Of a stretch of 61,389 bases of DNA, positions 49,601 through 57,636 are shown piece by piece. How positions within the stretch are numbered: position 1 is the first letter of the stretch; every line of letters starts with the position of its first letter. The notes under the pieces were generated by a model that saw nothing but the letters and a program-made list of their open reading frames with translations, did no database searches and was not told the origin of the DNA. Origin of the DNA: a virus. Its lineage: Duplodnaviria; Caudoviricetes. Both the position numbers and the translations under genes were made by a program. The DNA lies in the IMG/VR virus record IMGVR_UViG_3300025132_007241, positions 1-61,389 of that record. One strand, given 5' to 3'.

Positions 49601-50247
49601 ACCTTAGCGACATCTGGCAAAACCTACCACCTTCAATCAATGAAAAATTTGAGACCAAAGAAGCAGTGGTTGAGGAAAGAGAATTGTTAGACCTCATTTT
49701 GGATAAAGATGCAGATACACACTGGATGGTTTTCAAGGTTAAGAGGAAGGGTACACGCAACTACGAGAAGTACCGACGATCGCTTGTTTCCAACGCTGAT
49801 CTTAGCTCCTTCCCAGACACATCTCGTACTCCGTACAGTTATAATTGGCCTCATGACTATTTTTCTCTGGTTGAGCTGGCGAAGATGGACGAAAAGGTGC
49901 AGTACGCATCGCGAGATCTTGCTCCACCAGCACCCACTCGAACTGGTGATGACACACCTCCGCCCGCCATTGCAAGCGTCGGCGCAAGCACATCGAGAGC
50001 ACGCCCAGCGACATCAGGTGCTCCAGGCTCCGCTGCATCATTAGCCAACCCGGAGCAGGCTGTTACCACGAGGACACCACAGACACAAACTGCAACCGCA
50101 CCGACCACCACCAGGGTCCAACAAACTGCAGCCACTACCACGGCTGCTGCCACCCAGGCGCCTCAAACTACTACAACTCAGGCACCACGCACAACTCGTA
50201 CCACTAGAGGTCGCGGCTCCGGCGGCGGAAGAGGAGGTAGCTACTAA
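40663..50247 (+). CDS. Giant baseplate/tail protein (3194 aa) with LamG/concanavalin-A-like domains and a gp7/P2 gpI-like KGT motif
   Basis: LamG motifs (SLEFW..WHHYAVT..FYVDG..LDEFRYW; MSVWIY..WYHLTVT..IYVNG..MCDVAVYNKQLS), YKTKGTEKSFRNLIRCFG, T/A/P/Q-rich tail. Confidence 0.8.
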   Translation: MSIKKYFEIAENIQSLANKSAQDIGSEVESVGYHEQDIIEEERFIPRIDFSKPENFARYGMAEEYYESAIKRIYNTYPYDGSLQERLKWVNESTYLDLYIYDEKYPRTTGYIILSADGAASQTVVDGYGRPTTPEYIYVKGGPNVNPNGMKNTAVSFTGSNYYEPSMNRGSNLELNLSSQGASLEFWLKKSSFPAVAVGAREVIFDVSTGAASSSAGYGRFRLELSGNLTDGSSPVQLTAMSGATGIYRQSIAATTFTSASIADNKWHHYAVTVKSSGTDLVTKFYVDGYLNKETTFSGKAVADLDSTTLRGYVGALSAPVSGATTPSSTAAGDGKLAASLDEFRYWKTQRTSKDIGRFWFTQVGGGVNTDPEPFIETLESGNVDLGVYYKFNEGITGQSATDSVVLDYSGRVSNGAWTGYSATARNTGSAIVSSSAAIKEFHDPIIYSFHPDVVSLNASLKLSGSAHDVTNNAAVYNSIPAWITEEDQEGQKQLLQLTQIMSSYLDTAQLQIQSLNKLRDKQYPSGSDKPLPFAEKLLVSQGFIAPDLFLDADLLEKLADRSEDRVYEKSLHDIKNTIYQNIYNNLTYIYKTKGTEKSFRNLIRCFGVDEELIKLNMYGDNISYTLENNRKNVVVADKFVDFNTAESTNAVVYSYADASNANSVGAVPVNSILTGGYAVTMETEILFPRKMEEDRRTYVNTNVISSSLFGMHSASATATNTTWAGPDTVNFQVYAERDEISSTNAKFVLTSSTNGLIPRLTSSLIQDLYNNNRWNLAVRIKPAQYPLAGLVNSTSSNYIVELHGVQADSGEILEEFTVSQTITAPTPGFVTGSRRAYIGAHRTNFTGAVLQSSDVKVNACRFWLDYLDDDTLRAHILDTENHGPLQPHLYAFGFNTWAQFGDIKKADTLVFNWEFLQNTGSNALGQFLVNDLSSGSANLTRFGSLGNILNKQYTASGSFFKVSSTDAIDKDFVVSSKLNLPEHVESVDMVQVVSQEDTEIFTSESRPINYYYAFEKSMYQVISTQIINHFANLKDFHNLIGEPAEKYRPDYKKMQKLRQRFFETVRNTELDFDKFYEYYKWFDSSLSVMLAQLVPASADFADNILNVIENHVLERPKYRHKFPFIEKIGTPDPLSTTAPAGMPTSNNIYPMSSPDGNFGSNDRFTKRQLGSSNPPAQNDWKKFHAPEDGKANKNAYWHRYREEPVDSPRKDLMEAIKQTYNRRLGSPVKFTADASSVVAGVGRHPNNRPDYVFAATAPYGPTVPDTNIPKNVMFGYGADVEELIPTSDEYFPSQKQRLGFGLDPGINHDPGEIKMDGNIYAPFSLYSSSVKTGYNDNIVRKFKSGSMVTNLHNDFVGSRDIPMQGPFPEKFVGGRFYRHTEVNPGTDTRENRAEGFRIEVGSLALPSVGYLGVVPPNYPFGSSPPGSAPSGFLPRLPTAQRLRDESAKRPVNIKNILMTTASAGVRLSGTITHGAIGNYQKNYQVINTAGRMVNDPFFKDQTFKFAPYPETLATRGRFPLYLAPPLVGKSYLFDGSNDFAKSKDKTASDWNTLIGSSSAGGTKAYSMSVWIYVNNWAGGDSVMSIGRSTYLPGGREINLYDDGGGDLGIRGIVGGLNYRSSDTAMTTGRWYHLTVTYAGMAAGYGGTTVLPLIYVNGADDGDSGNTSTLSHVQGIGTTALQLGNSSTPSKGFFDGYMCDVAVYNKQLSATEVTELYNSGQRFNPLNATFSSNVITYLPMGNMSTDSATVITDLKGFDNLIGVDFTSPIKEVSPSALSRTDFSALGGGGLPETTANTGGALNYMIPQRTGSDSQDTVIVCRYAGSGYEVMSLGYMDPAHTELSVYNASPYHNLSIIDHGLSGSASVDPIAAKTITVVDQIDKNRGLDQRATLHCGKFGADSAYGTVTADTYVTVPSWHKTNSNRRRRMDNNALENTMPAGNHTASVYDNLYVQHAIPQSTQQYAWVTGSLIQGKAILGLTRPLCFSASVLNELVTSGAVPNADFVGLRRYVLDPVSASSHILGFPLTAVPSSSYYNSDLGLLMAPTHKRSFATSSYLNTLINNRGGAFGYSSWKQLRVGEGPVARTLRKANKIGTVVAPPTILNKIAGKTVGAITPTQPNTFADYFEAPIAKNASPINFYFEDNTENSDPANNINLTVPYRNSFEYFTNNGLNNRLGLEIDLDTRRAYNSAVDFTLKSNLSVIVNYSERVYPAGSNAYKPEVRGRQNYTINNIWNKDRTTRSTPLGGKADIFNLGIIASASIWPLDAHLNFTITSSITASDGSGILQNSYSRFYHTTTASIQLAPTYVQRIPMGSIGGRSVFAGDTPWLAPAQAGKDPYQDYTTFAERIRLVGKDYSILPEFRISELMETYVIQKDGDFLANINNVLTLTGAATPNSSEDAFYRTYTNGDFLRYFGVIDDDLNEQRSEDLKILRDKVVLKCDALVKFLPYKGFYPAERTLELSTLFSQSFGRAYYRRSGADNKIMRTFFEPLYSPGIMYNTIKSGLAVSNFIITRANANLVLPPPSASVSTNMSGHYNGINVGPQIVISGSGKQFPTMGGGSAGLGWQVTRVPFEALQRPGSFFHEDNISEVATSGSTIGNSYIYDTGIFSSSLYLGNALNILPRLDKESSILYELAMDNYLCESNRIFMGSLAGFESKREELFEPVTSGSVYEMTFKLYRTQNLEGSSPTVDHSRFEMYENITAFGPSLGSSTSLSSQPDFSHLTPPYYNGSAKVTFYYTASFSGRPTLDEIFANTNLLFDRFGVTNTFDSLQGTTPLTPYGKSDRIMQIDQSFNLLGIVPTVPPGTTAQKNQWLIQSKYECPILNFANVSQSFAPATVGIGSITPATLNTRGMWHQYGSLPSGSGIGVFAEISNIEGDNPSLAEIVGFDTGVAKRIGIVNQEYSLEEAIVAIPYKQTNNRRKFIKFTDETKRSETYQKLTSAMQKYVFPPRFDFMEFDSVDPVLMYVFEFSAKLSQQDLSDIWQNLPPSINEKFETKEAVVEERELLDLILDKDADTHWMVFKVKRKGTRNYEKYRRSLVSNADLSSFPDTSRTPYSYNWPHDYFSLVELAKMDEKVQYASRDLAPPAPTRTGDDTPPPAIASVGASTSRARPATSGAPGSAASLANPEQAVTTRTPQTQTATAPTTTRVQQTAATTTAAATQAPQTTTTQAPRTTRTTRGRGSGGGRGGSY

Positions 50248-51179
50248 TGGAATTCTTTAACAAAAAAGAGGAAGTACTGAATGTCGAATTGACAGAGTAC
50301 GGAGAGTATCTTCTGGCTATCGGGAAGCTCAACCCCACATTTTATGCTTTCTTCGACGACGATGTACAGTACGACACTTTGGGTTCGGGGTACACAGAAA
50401 CACAGAACGATATCGCCAATCGTATTCAATACGATACCCCGCAACTCAAGATATTGAAAAACCGTACAGGCGCAGAAACACGCGTTGAGCGCTCCCTTTC
50501 CTCAGTTAGTGGGGGAGTGGGAACCCTAAGTGCTAATTCAACAACAGACGAGTACATCGAAATATTCCGCGCCCAACAAGATTTTGAGGATGGCACCAAG
50601 CTTGCCACCTATCCTATCGGTACCTCAATGCTTACAACCCCCTACAATGCCTCGTGGCAGCTGGAGGTATTGTCCGTTCCTGAAATTACTAGTGCCACTC
50701 GCACATTTGAGCCAGCTCCTCAAGGAAACATAGAGAATATACCCCAGGTTAATATCACCGTGGACTACGAAACCTACTTCCGTGACGGAGAAGTGAACGA
50801 TGAATCTATTACAGGATACCTCCAGGGCGAAAACATTTTTTTGGCTATGCGTGACAATTATCTTATGATTGAATTGATTGAAAATAATACAGTTTTTGAA
50901 AAAGATAATTTCGAACTTGAGGTTTACCATTCCTCATCTGGAGAGAACGGTGTAGGATCACTAACACAGAAGCAGTTTTTTGTAGACACCGAGACGTCCC
51001 AGTTTGGGGAGCCTAACCCGAACGAGGTCGAGTACTTTATGAATGTCCTTCTTGACGGAGACATTCCGCAAGAAGTTCTTTCGCAACTAGGTATATCTGA
51101 AGCAGTGGTCAATACGAGCGCCACTCGACTCCGCCTCAACCGCGACCTATATGAAACTGACAACGAGGAGCCCTGCTAG
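50247..51179 (+). CDS. Putative baseplate/tail-collar protein (paralogue of 56681..57622)
   Basis: N-terminal LTEYG..LLAIG....YAFFDDDVQYD. Confidence 0.6.
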   Translation: MEFFNKKEEVLNVELTEYGEYLLAIGKLNPTFYAFFDDDVQYDTLGSGYTETQNDIANRIQYDTPQLKILKNRTGAETRVERSLSSVSGGVGTLSANSTTDEYIEIFRAQQDFEDGTKLATYPIGTSMLTTPYNASWQLEVLSVPEITSATRTFEPAPQGNIENIPQVNITVDYETYFRDGEVNDESITGYLQGENIFLAMRDNYLMIELIENNTVFEKDNFELEVYHSSSGENGVGSLTQKQFFVDTETSQFGEPNPNEVEYFMNVLLDGDIPQEVLSQLGISEAVVNTSATRLRLNRDLYETDNEEPC

Positions 51180-51181
51180 AA

Positions 51182-53803
51182 ATGTTTGCTACCGGACCCT
51201 ACAACCGCCCCGTGCCTTTTGTCACACTCCAGGGAGCTATGGTTAGTGATAATGTTGATGGACAAAATCTAAACATTTCGCTGGAAATTTCCAATGAGGT
51301 CTCTAAAGTTCCCAACCTGGTGCGGTTCTCCAATTATTGTTTAGTTCTTTCGGATAGGACAAAGTTTAATTCCCTGGTATCAAATCCGACTCGTCTCATG
51401 AGTCATGTCATGGGAGATAAAAAGAATGTTCGTTCATTTGCGCTCGGCAAGGGAGACTTCGCGGTTAAGACAGTCCTCGACTCCACCCGTGGAACATACA
51501 TTTTTAATAATACTCATACTATTACGCGCGCCGTTCCAAAAACCCAGCAGCTGTATGTGGCAGTTGTTTCCTTTATTGAGCACAAGGATCGCATGCTTTT
51601 TGGCAACCTCACTAAGGAGATCATTCTTGCTAAAAACCAGACCCCAACAAATTCGTACATTTATCGATTGACCGAGACTGTTTCGGGATATGGTAAAGAA
51701 GGTGCCATATGGACTGGAGGGGTTCATCGTCATGAGGGCATTTTTATGGCCGGCAACACTCATATAACCGACAAGCACCCAGAAGTCAGCCAGGAAGTGG
51801 TCTTAAACTCCAAAATTAAAGACTTACGTGTTCTAAAAGAGGCGCAAGCGTTCTCTGTTATCGCAGGACCCAACACTAGTAATACGTCTTATCTCTCCCC
51901 TATCACGCTTTCGCGAAACGTTGATGGCAATGTACATGGATTATTTTCGCTGAGCCACATAGACTTTGCTAGAGAAAATACTCAATTTGGAGCACTCATC
52001 AAAAATGCAGACTCCCTCCTCTCGGCGTCCCCGCTAGAGGATATTGTAGTGTACCAGAAGGTAGTAAAAGAAGATGCTTCGGGTAATGCCCTTACTCCGG
52101 GTCGTCCCTCGCGGTGTGCTATTACGGAAGTTAGCACTTTTAAACAAGTTGCATCCTTGAATAACGGACTACAACTTGTGAATGGATTTAATAGTAACCA
52201 AATTCTTAATTTTTCTTTTATTGATACGGCTGCCCAAGAATATCAATCCAACATGCTAGAGTATAAGGTGGAAATTGTTCTTAAGGACGAAACTAAGGAA
52301 GCTATGCAGTTGATCACGCAAAGCCTAGCAACCAGCCTGAAAGTGCAGGAAACCGCACAAGACTCCTTAGCTCCCAATCAGCTCAAGTCTTTGGTGGACG
52401 CTTACTTAGCCGCAGTAGGATATCTTTTGGGACAAAACGCATTTCGCACGAGGGGTGCTTCGTCATTCCAGCAGAATCTTCTTGCGCTGATAAATGGCGG
52501 CACTGAATTCCGAGGACAAGTTATTGAACTTATTAGGAATTTTGCCGTTGGTGTTACGGCAGCCACCCAGCCCAACAAAAATATTACATATGGCGGAGCC
52601 GACTATAAGTCATTCATCTATCGCTCAAAAAAGGACAATACCGTAAGACTGACACATACTTTCCAAGATAAGCTTAGGATTCTGTATCGTAAGGGGATTG
52701 GTCTTGAATACGTCGACGCTACAATCTTAAATTCCGGAACCCCTGTTCCCGGAATCAGTCATCCCAGCCTAGAATCCCGTGTCACGGTAGAGGTGGAAAA
52801 ATATGCTCTAAACAACCCTAATGCTGGAGCTATAAACAAATATGGGTATCTCACCCCCGTCGCAGCAAGATTGCGAGACAACCCTATTGTGGTGCCGTCA
52901 ACAAGCCTGGTGAACAGCACCAAGAACTTCGCAGGAATTATTCGCAGCACAATTGATACAAATCCTGCCCTCTCACTGGAGCCAGCCAAAAGTGTAAGTA
53001 CCAACATGGTTGAAACTTTGAGTCAAGCTGGCGTGGGAGTTAAGACCAATAATATTAGTATTGTTGAAATTGCTAATGCTAGCGAGACCCAAGGCGAACA
53101 GACCACAGATTCTACGAGCTATTTGCCGAGTGGATCGGGCTTTGCAACAGTGGACACTCCCCAAGATTTCATCGTCAGCGGATCCTCAGAGGGGATAGCA
53201 TTTTCGAATGTTATCCCTGAGCGCCTGGAAGCTTCCCCGTTGGTTAACACCATGGTCAATCAAACCATCACAAATTTCTCAGTAATCAGCGCAATCACTA
53301 ATCAGGCCAACATTGCGGGCTCAATCCCACTACAAAAAGCTACAGAGGATGCCAACGCATTGCTCGCCGCCGATTCGATGACAAACCTAGTTAACTTCGG
53401 ATCCATTGTGCAAATTCAATATTTAACCAATTACTCTCAAATCTCGGGTATTCGCCAGCAGAATTGGGAGTTGCTAACATCCCAGGTTTATGAGAGAGTC
53501 CGCACTGCCGGCGCCTCCTTGTTGTGTCGTCTGGTTCTGATGTCTGAAACATTGAACGCTCCCAATATTGTAGACCTAAAGCCGCTAGCTTCGCTGTTTG
53601 TTCTGGGACCAACCCCCCAAACTAGACCGCAATTGAGTTACCAGGAGAGTTTTGCGCAGATAAAAAATAATCTACAACAGACAAACAGTCAAGTATTAAC
53701 AACTATGGATTCTTCTGATACTCTATACGCGGCTAACATTCCAATGGCGACACAGACAACTCGCCCCGCTAGCCCGCAACCTACTGAAGGGAGAGGATAC
53801 TAG
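51182..53803 (+). CDS. Hypothetical virion protein (873 aa)
   Basis: Long ORF in the structural module; W.GGVH.H..FMAG..H..HP short motif; tail ending EGRGY. Confidence 0.75.
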   Translation: MFATGPYNRPVPFVTLQGAMVSDNVDGQNLNISLEISNEVSKVPNLVRFSNYCLVLSDRTKFNSLVSNPTRLMSHVMGDKKNVRSFALGKGDFAVKTVLDSTRGTYIFNNTHTITRAVPKTQQLYVAVVSFIEHKDRMLFGNLTKEIILAKNQTPTNSYIYRLTETVSGYGKEGAIWTGGVHRHEGIFMAGNTHITDKHPEVSQEVVLNSKIKDLRVLKEAQAFSVIAGPNTSNTSYLSPITLSRNVDGNVHGLFSLSHIDFARENTQFGALIKNADSLLSASPLEDIVVYQKVVKEDASGNALTPGRPSRCAITEVSTFKQVASLNNGLQLVNGFNSNQILNFSFIDTAAQEYQSNMLEYKVEIVLKDETKEAMQLITQSLATSLKVQETAQDSLAPNQLKSLVDAYLAAVGYLLGQNAFRTRGASSFQQNLLALINGGTEFRGQVIELIRNFAVGVTAATQPNKNITYGGADYKSFIYRSKKDNTVRLTHTFQDKLRILYRKGIGLEYVDATILNSGTPVPGISHPSLESRVTVEVEKYALNNPNAGAINKYGYLTPVAARLRDNPIVVPSTSLVNSTKNFAGIIRSTIDTNPALSLEPAKSVSTNMVETLSQAGVGVKTNNISIVEIANASETQGEQTTDSTSYLPSGSGFATVDTPQDFIVSGSSEGIAFSNVIPERLEASPLVNTMVNQTITNFSVISAITNQANIAGSIPLQKATEDANALLAADSMTNLVNFGSIVQIQYLTNYSQISGIRQQNWELLTSQVYERVRTAGASLLCRLVLMSETLNAPNIVDLKPLASLFVLGPTPQTRPQLSYQESFAQIKNNLQQTNSQVLTTMDSSDTLYAANIPMATQTTRPASPQPTEGRGY

Positions 53804-53805
53804 TC

Positions 53806-56643
53806 ATGGCAAACGCGGCATATCAGGACAAACTCACCATTGTTAACACTGAAATGGCAGGAACAGTTGATCGACTGGCTAATCCTACAGGATATCATCC
53901 TTTGGTGAGGGAGGAGTGGGGAATTGAAGACCGGTTCAGAGGATTGATGGGGAAGTATTATACGCCTGTTTTTACAAACAGCCCCACCTTAGCGTCCGTT
54001 GCCATGATAAGTTATAGCGAGGTCTACAATAGTCCCGTGACATATGCGTTTGTCCCACTTCAGGGCAGCGACCTTACGCTGGGACAACAAGTACTTGGAG
54101 GCAACGAGGGTACTAACTTAATGTTTGATATGACGGTTGAGCCTTCGCCCGAATTGGGAGCCGCCGGTAAAAACACAATCACCCTTACCTTTGACGACGC
54201 AGGATGGAAGAGCCCAGGATATCAGCTTTCCTGGCCAGCAGCCGAAACATATTTTGACACGCAGCCCCCGAGATCTTCGGTCCCAGTAACCGACTCAGAG
54301 ATAGCCACTCGACTTACTCGGCTTTTAGGAACAAATACCGATAGTCTTCCTTATGCTCGCCTAGGCGCTAGCCCGTCTAGTGTAGCGCAAGCTATCGTGG
54401 ACGACGAGCCGGTTCCCGGCACACCAGTTCGTGGAACCTTTTTTGGGAGTGGACAGTTTATAGACTATGCATTTGAAATGCACGCCCCATCTGCGCATGC
54501 AACAATCCGCGAAAAAGCAGAAGATCGACTTTCGCTTGAATCGAATTATGTCCAGTACATCGATTCCATCCCCGCGTTAGAGGATGTGTTTGCCAATGAT
54601 GCGGTAACAGAGAATCTGCTCCCCAACGTCTACTATCTTCAGCTTGAATTACAAAACACTGGCTCAACACCACTAGCCAACGGTAGGTACGTCGACGCTT
54701 TACAGCTTAAATACAACAACAATTATAACGGTTCCTATGTGGACTGGTTCCGTAACTTGGGACAGGGACAATTTACTGAACGCAATATTAAGCAGTTTTA
54801 CGAGCAATATGTTAAGGGGCTAAACAATGCTCTTATAGATGACAACATTGATGCCTTGAACCAAGCTTTGGCATACACTAAGAATCTCTTTATCCTCCAT
54901 CGAGATAGGGACCTGTTAAAGGCGGAGACTATCAATGTTGGTACGACCCCCTTTTACAACGAGATAAGAATCCCAGCCGACAACCCTATTGGTTACAAAT
55001 CAGAGGTATCGGTCTTGGGAGATGTGGTAGCCGAAGCCGAGTTCGATGACAACAACCTTATAGATCTTCTACAGTATAGCGCCATTGAGAATTTAGAGTC
55101 TTCAAATAGTGCGGCTCTGTCATTCACAGCAGTGCTAAAAAAGATCAACACTGCAGCTGGTTACAGCACCCCAGCTGATGTTACATACACTCTCAACGAA
55201 GGCACCTATACGTCGGTCTATAATGTCAACACCAAACTCGATCTGTTTTTGGGAGCCGGTTTACCCGAGTCTCCTGGCTTGATGTCTTTACCCTCACCGA
55301 TGGGACCCAGTCCGGCACCTCCTCCCTTAGCAATGCCACAAGATAATGCCCCCGTGGGCGGACAACTGGCTCAGGCAATTGAGGACGATTCCCTCGTTGG
55401 GGCGCAACAAGCCTCCTCGCTCAATAATCGTCCTGCCGCAGGTATTGAAGTGAGCCCTTCGACAGAAGCCTGCTTTGATATGTTAGGTAACGCCACGGAA
55501 GTTAATCGTACATATTCTCAAATTATTAACGGACAATTCTGCCACGTTGAGACTCTGATGTTTGTGGTAAAGAAATACCGAGTTCAGGATGCAGGTGAGA
55601 CTCTGGTACAAACCTTCTACTTAACAAATCGCTTTGATGGTGACGATATAGTATTTTATGACTCCCAGGTAAAAACTAAACAAAAATATCGTTACGACAT
55701 TCAAAAAGTCGTAATTGTTTTTGGCAGCAAGTATAGCTATGACGGCAACCCTCGCTTTCTTCCTACGACAAGCCCAAGAGACGTACTACAGCGCACGACT
55801 TACCAGGGTACTGTTGATTGCACGGTAGAGCCTTCCTACATGCAGGCATTACTCGTGCCGCATGTGGTAGGGGGAATCGTGACGGTCCTAGATGACAAGC
55901 CTCCGATCGCGCCTGATATGTCTTTTTACTCCTTCCGCGGCGTGAACAATCAGTTAAAGATTTTATTACAGCCTACCACAGGAGTTCGAACTGAAAAGCC
56001 AGTGCGGATTGAGCCTACAGATACGCAATTATTTTTGGATGAATATTTAGCCCAAACAGGTATCGATGTTGACACCATCGGGGGAATCCCTGAATTGGAG
56101 TTTAGATCCGATGATCCCGTAGATGCGTATCAAGTGTTTAAGATCACCAAAAAACCTGAGTCTTATGCCGACTTTGCCGGGAGCTTAATAGAAGTTAACC
56201 CCAGACTTGGTCGCGCTGGTGCCCTAGATGAGTTAATATTACCAAACACAGTTTATTATTATTGTGCACGCGCAGTAGATATAAACGGGAACGTCTCTAA
56301 TCCTACTCACATCTTTGAAATCGAGATGGTAGACAATGCAGGGCAGATATTTTTGAGACAAGAGATATTTACTTTCGAAACAGCAAAACCAAAGTTTACT
56401 ACACAAGGAAGAAGATTTATTTACATAGAGCCCACTCTCCAGCAGCTTGCGCTACCGGATACCCAAAATGTGGGACAAGCTAACATTTATAATCCACCCA
56501 ATTCCTCTATACTTGGAGCCCCAAACATTTCTAAAGTGTGGGGGGAGACATACAAAATTCGAGTGAGAAGCACCAAGACAGGAAGAAAACTGGATCTAAA
56601 TGTTACATTTAAGAACACTGGGATTGTAAATCCTAGCGAATAA
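53806..56643 (+). CDS. Hypothetical virion protein (945 aa) with fibronectin-III-like segments
   Basis: FYDSQVK..KYRY and ILPNTVYYYCARAVDINGNVSNP. Confidence 0.7.
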   Translation: MANAAYQDKLTIVNTEMAGTVDRLANPTGYHPLVREEWGIEDRFRGLMGKYYTPVFTNSPTLASVAMISYSEVYNSPVTYAFVPLQGSDLTLGQQVLGGNEGTNLMFDMTVEPSPELGAAGKNTITLTFDDAGWKSPGYQLSWPAAETYFDTQPPRSSVPVTDSEIATRLTRLLGTNTDSLPYARLGASPSSVAQAIVDDEPVPGTPVRGTFFGSGQFIDYAFEMHAPSAHATIREKAEDRLSLESNYVQYIDSIPALEDVFANDAVTENLLPNVYYLQLELQNTGSTPLANGRYVDALQLKYNNNYNGSYVDWFRNLGQGQFTERNIKQFYEQYVKGLNNALIDDNIDALNQALAYTKNLFILHRDRDLLKAETINVGTTPFYNEIRIPADNPIGYKSEVSVLGDVVAEAEFDDNNLIDLLQYSAIENLESSNSAALSFTAVLKKINTAAGYSTPADVTYTLNEGTYTSVYNVNTKLDLFLGAGLPESPGLMSLPSPMGPSPAPPPLAMPQDNAPVGGQLAQAIEDDSLVGAQQASSLNNRPAAGIEVSPSTEACFDMLGNATEVNRTYSQIINGQFCHVETLMFVVKKYRVQDAGETLVQTFYLTNRFDGDDIVFYDSQVKTKQKYRYDIQKVVIVFGSKYSYDGNPRFLPTTSPRDVLQRTTYQGTVDCTVEPSYMQALLVPHVVGGIVTVLDDKPPIAPDMSFYSFRGVNNQLKILLQPTTGVRTEKPVRIEPTDTQLFLDEYLAQTGIDVDTIGGIPELEFRSDDPVDAYQVFKITKKPESYADFAGSLIEVNPRLGRAGALDELILPNTVYYYCARAVDINGNVSNPTHIFEIEMVDNAGQIFLRQEIFTFETAKPKFTTQGRRFIYIEPTLQQLALPDTQNVGQANIYNPPNSSILGAPNISKVWGETYKIRVRSTKTGRKLDLNVTFKNTGIVNPSE

Positions 56644-56654
56644 AGACATTTAAG

Positions 56655-56662
56655 ACTATTTA
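56655..56662 (+). promoter_or_regulatory. Candidate phage late-promoter motif ACTATTTA
   Basis: Intergenic, 18 nt before ATG 56681, upstream of GAGG SD. Confidence 0.5.
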
Positions 56663-56680
56663 TATGAAGAGGACAATAGC

Positions 56681-57622
56681 ATGGGATTCTTAGATAACTC
56701 TGGCGATATTATTTTAGACGCCGTTTTGACTGACCTGGGTCGAAAAAGACTCGCCGAGGGCAACGGTCGTTTTAGCATTGCAAAGTTTGCGATGGGCGAC
56801 GACGAAATCGATTATGGACTGTATGACAAGAACAACACTAGCGGCTCCGCCTACTACGATGTAAGCATTCTGCAGACGCCAGTTCTGGAAGCATTCACCA
56901 ATAACATGTCAAGCATGAAATCGCGACTCATGTCCTATGCCCAGAATGACCTCCTCTATTTACCGGTCGTAGAAGTCTTTAATATTGGCGACTCGGCACT
57001 CAACTCTAGCCTTTCCAGCTATCTGGTACTAGTTGACGAAGAAACAGTCAATTCTCTCACCACCGATAACAACTCTCTTGATGCGGGTCTTCTCAACGGC
57101 TTCCGTCCGGACCTGGGTGATAATCTTTTACGCGCCGACCAGGGACTCAACACCGGCGAACTCTCCTCTGACTCGGTGATTAACCCAACACTTCTTGAGA
57201 CCCAGTATTTTATTCAGATAGATAATCGCCTAGGATTTCTCTCGCCTCAGCAGGGTGGCGATGCCAGCACATCCGCGGCGTTTAACCCCACATCAATTGA
57301 TGATGATAACATTGCCACATATGTCTTCTCGATGGATGATGGTACCCGCGTGCTCTCCTCGATTGCCCCGGGCGCTGCATCACAGATTGCTGGTCCCCGA
57401 GGAAGCCGCGTGAGCTTCAAGGTTGGATCGTCCCTAAGCACAAGGACTAGTACCTTCTTGTTCGATCAGTTGGGGAGCCAAGGCACAGCTGCAATTACAA
57501 GCGGAACCAAGACCCTGGCAGCTGCCAATTATAAGTTCATCGATACCACAGTGCGAATCTCTGGTGTATCGACTGGATACACATTGGACGTCCCCTTCCG
57601 CTTTGTAAAGAAGACTAGTTAA
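56681..57622 (+). CDS. Putative baseplate/tail-collar protein
   Basis: MGFLDN..DAVLTDLGRKRLAEG..FSIAKFAMGDDEIDY. Confidence 0.65.
   Translation: MGFLDNSGDIILDAVLTDLGRKRLAEGNGRFSIAKFAMGDDEIDYGLYDKNNTSGSAYYDVSILQTPVLEAFTNNMSSMKSRLMSYAQNDLLYLPVVEVFNIGDSALNSSLSSYLVLVDEETVNSLTTDNNSLDAGLLNGFRPDLGDNLLRADQGLNTGELSSDSVINPTLLETQYFIQIDNRLGFLSPQQGGDASTSAAFNPTSIDDDNIATYVFSMDDGTRVLSSIAPGAASQIAGPRGSRVSFKVGSSLSTRTSTFLFDQLGSQGTAAITSGTKTLAAANYKFIDTTVRISGVSTGYTLDVPFRFVKKTS
57614..57621 (+). promoter_or_regulatory. Candidate phage late-promoter motif ACTAGTTA
   Basis: 15 nt before ATG 57637, overlapping the upstream stop. Confidence 0.45.
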
Positions 57623-57636
57623 TAAAGGAAACAATA

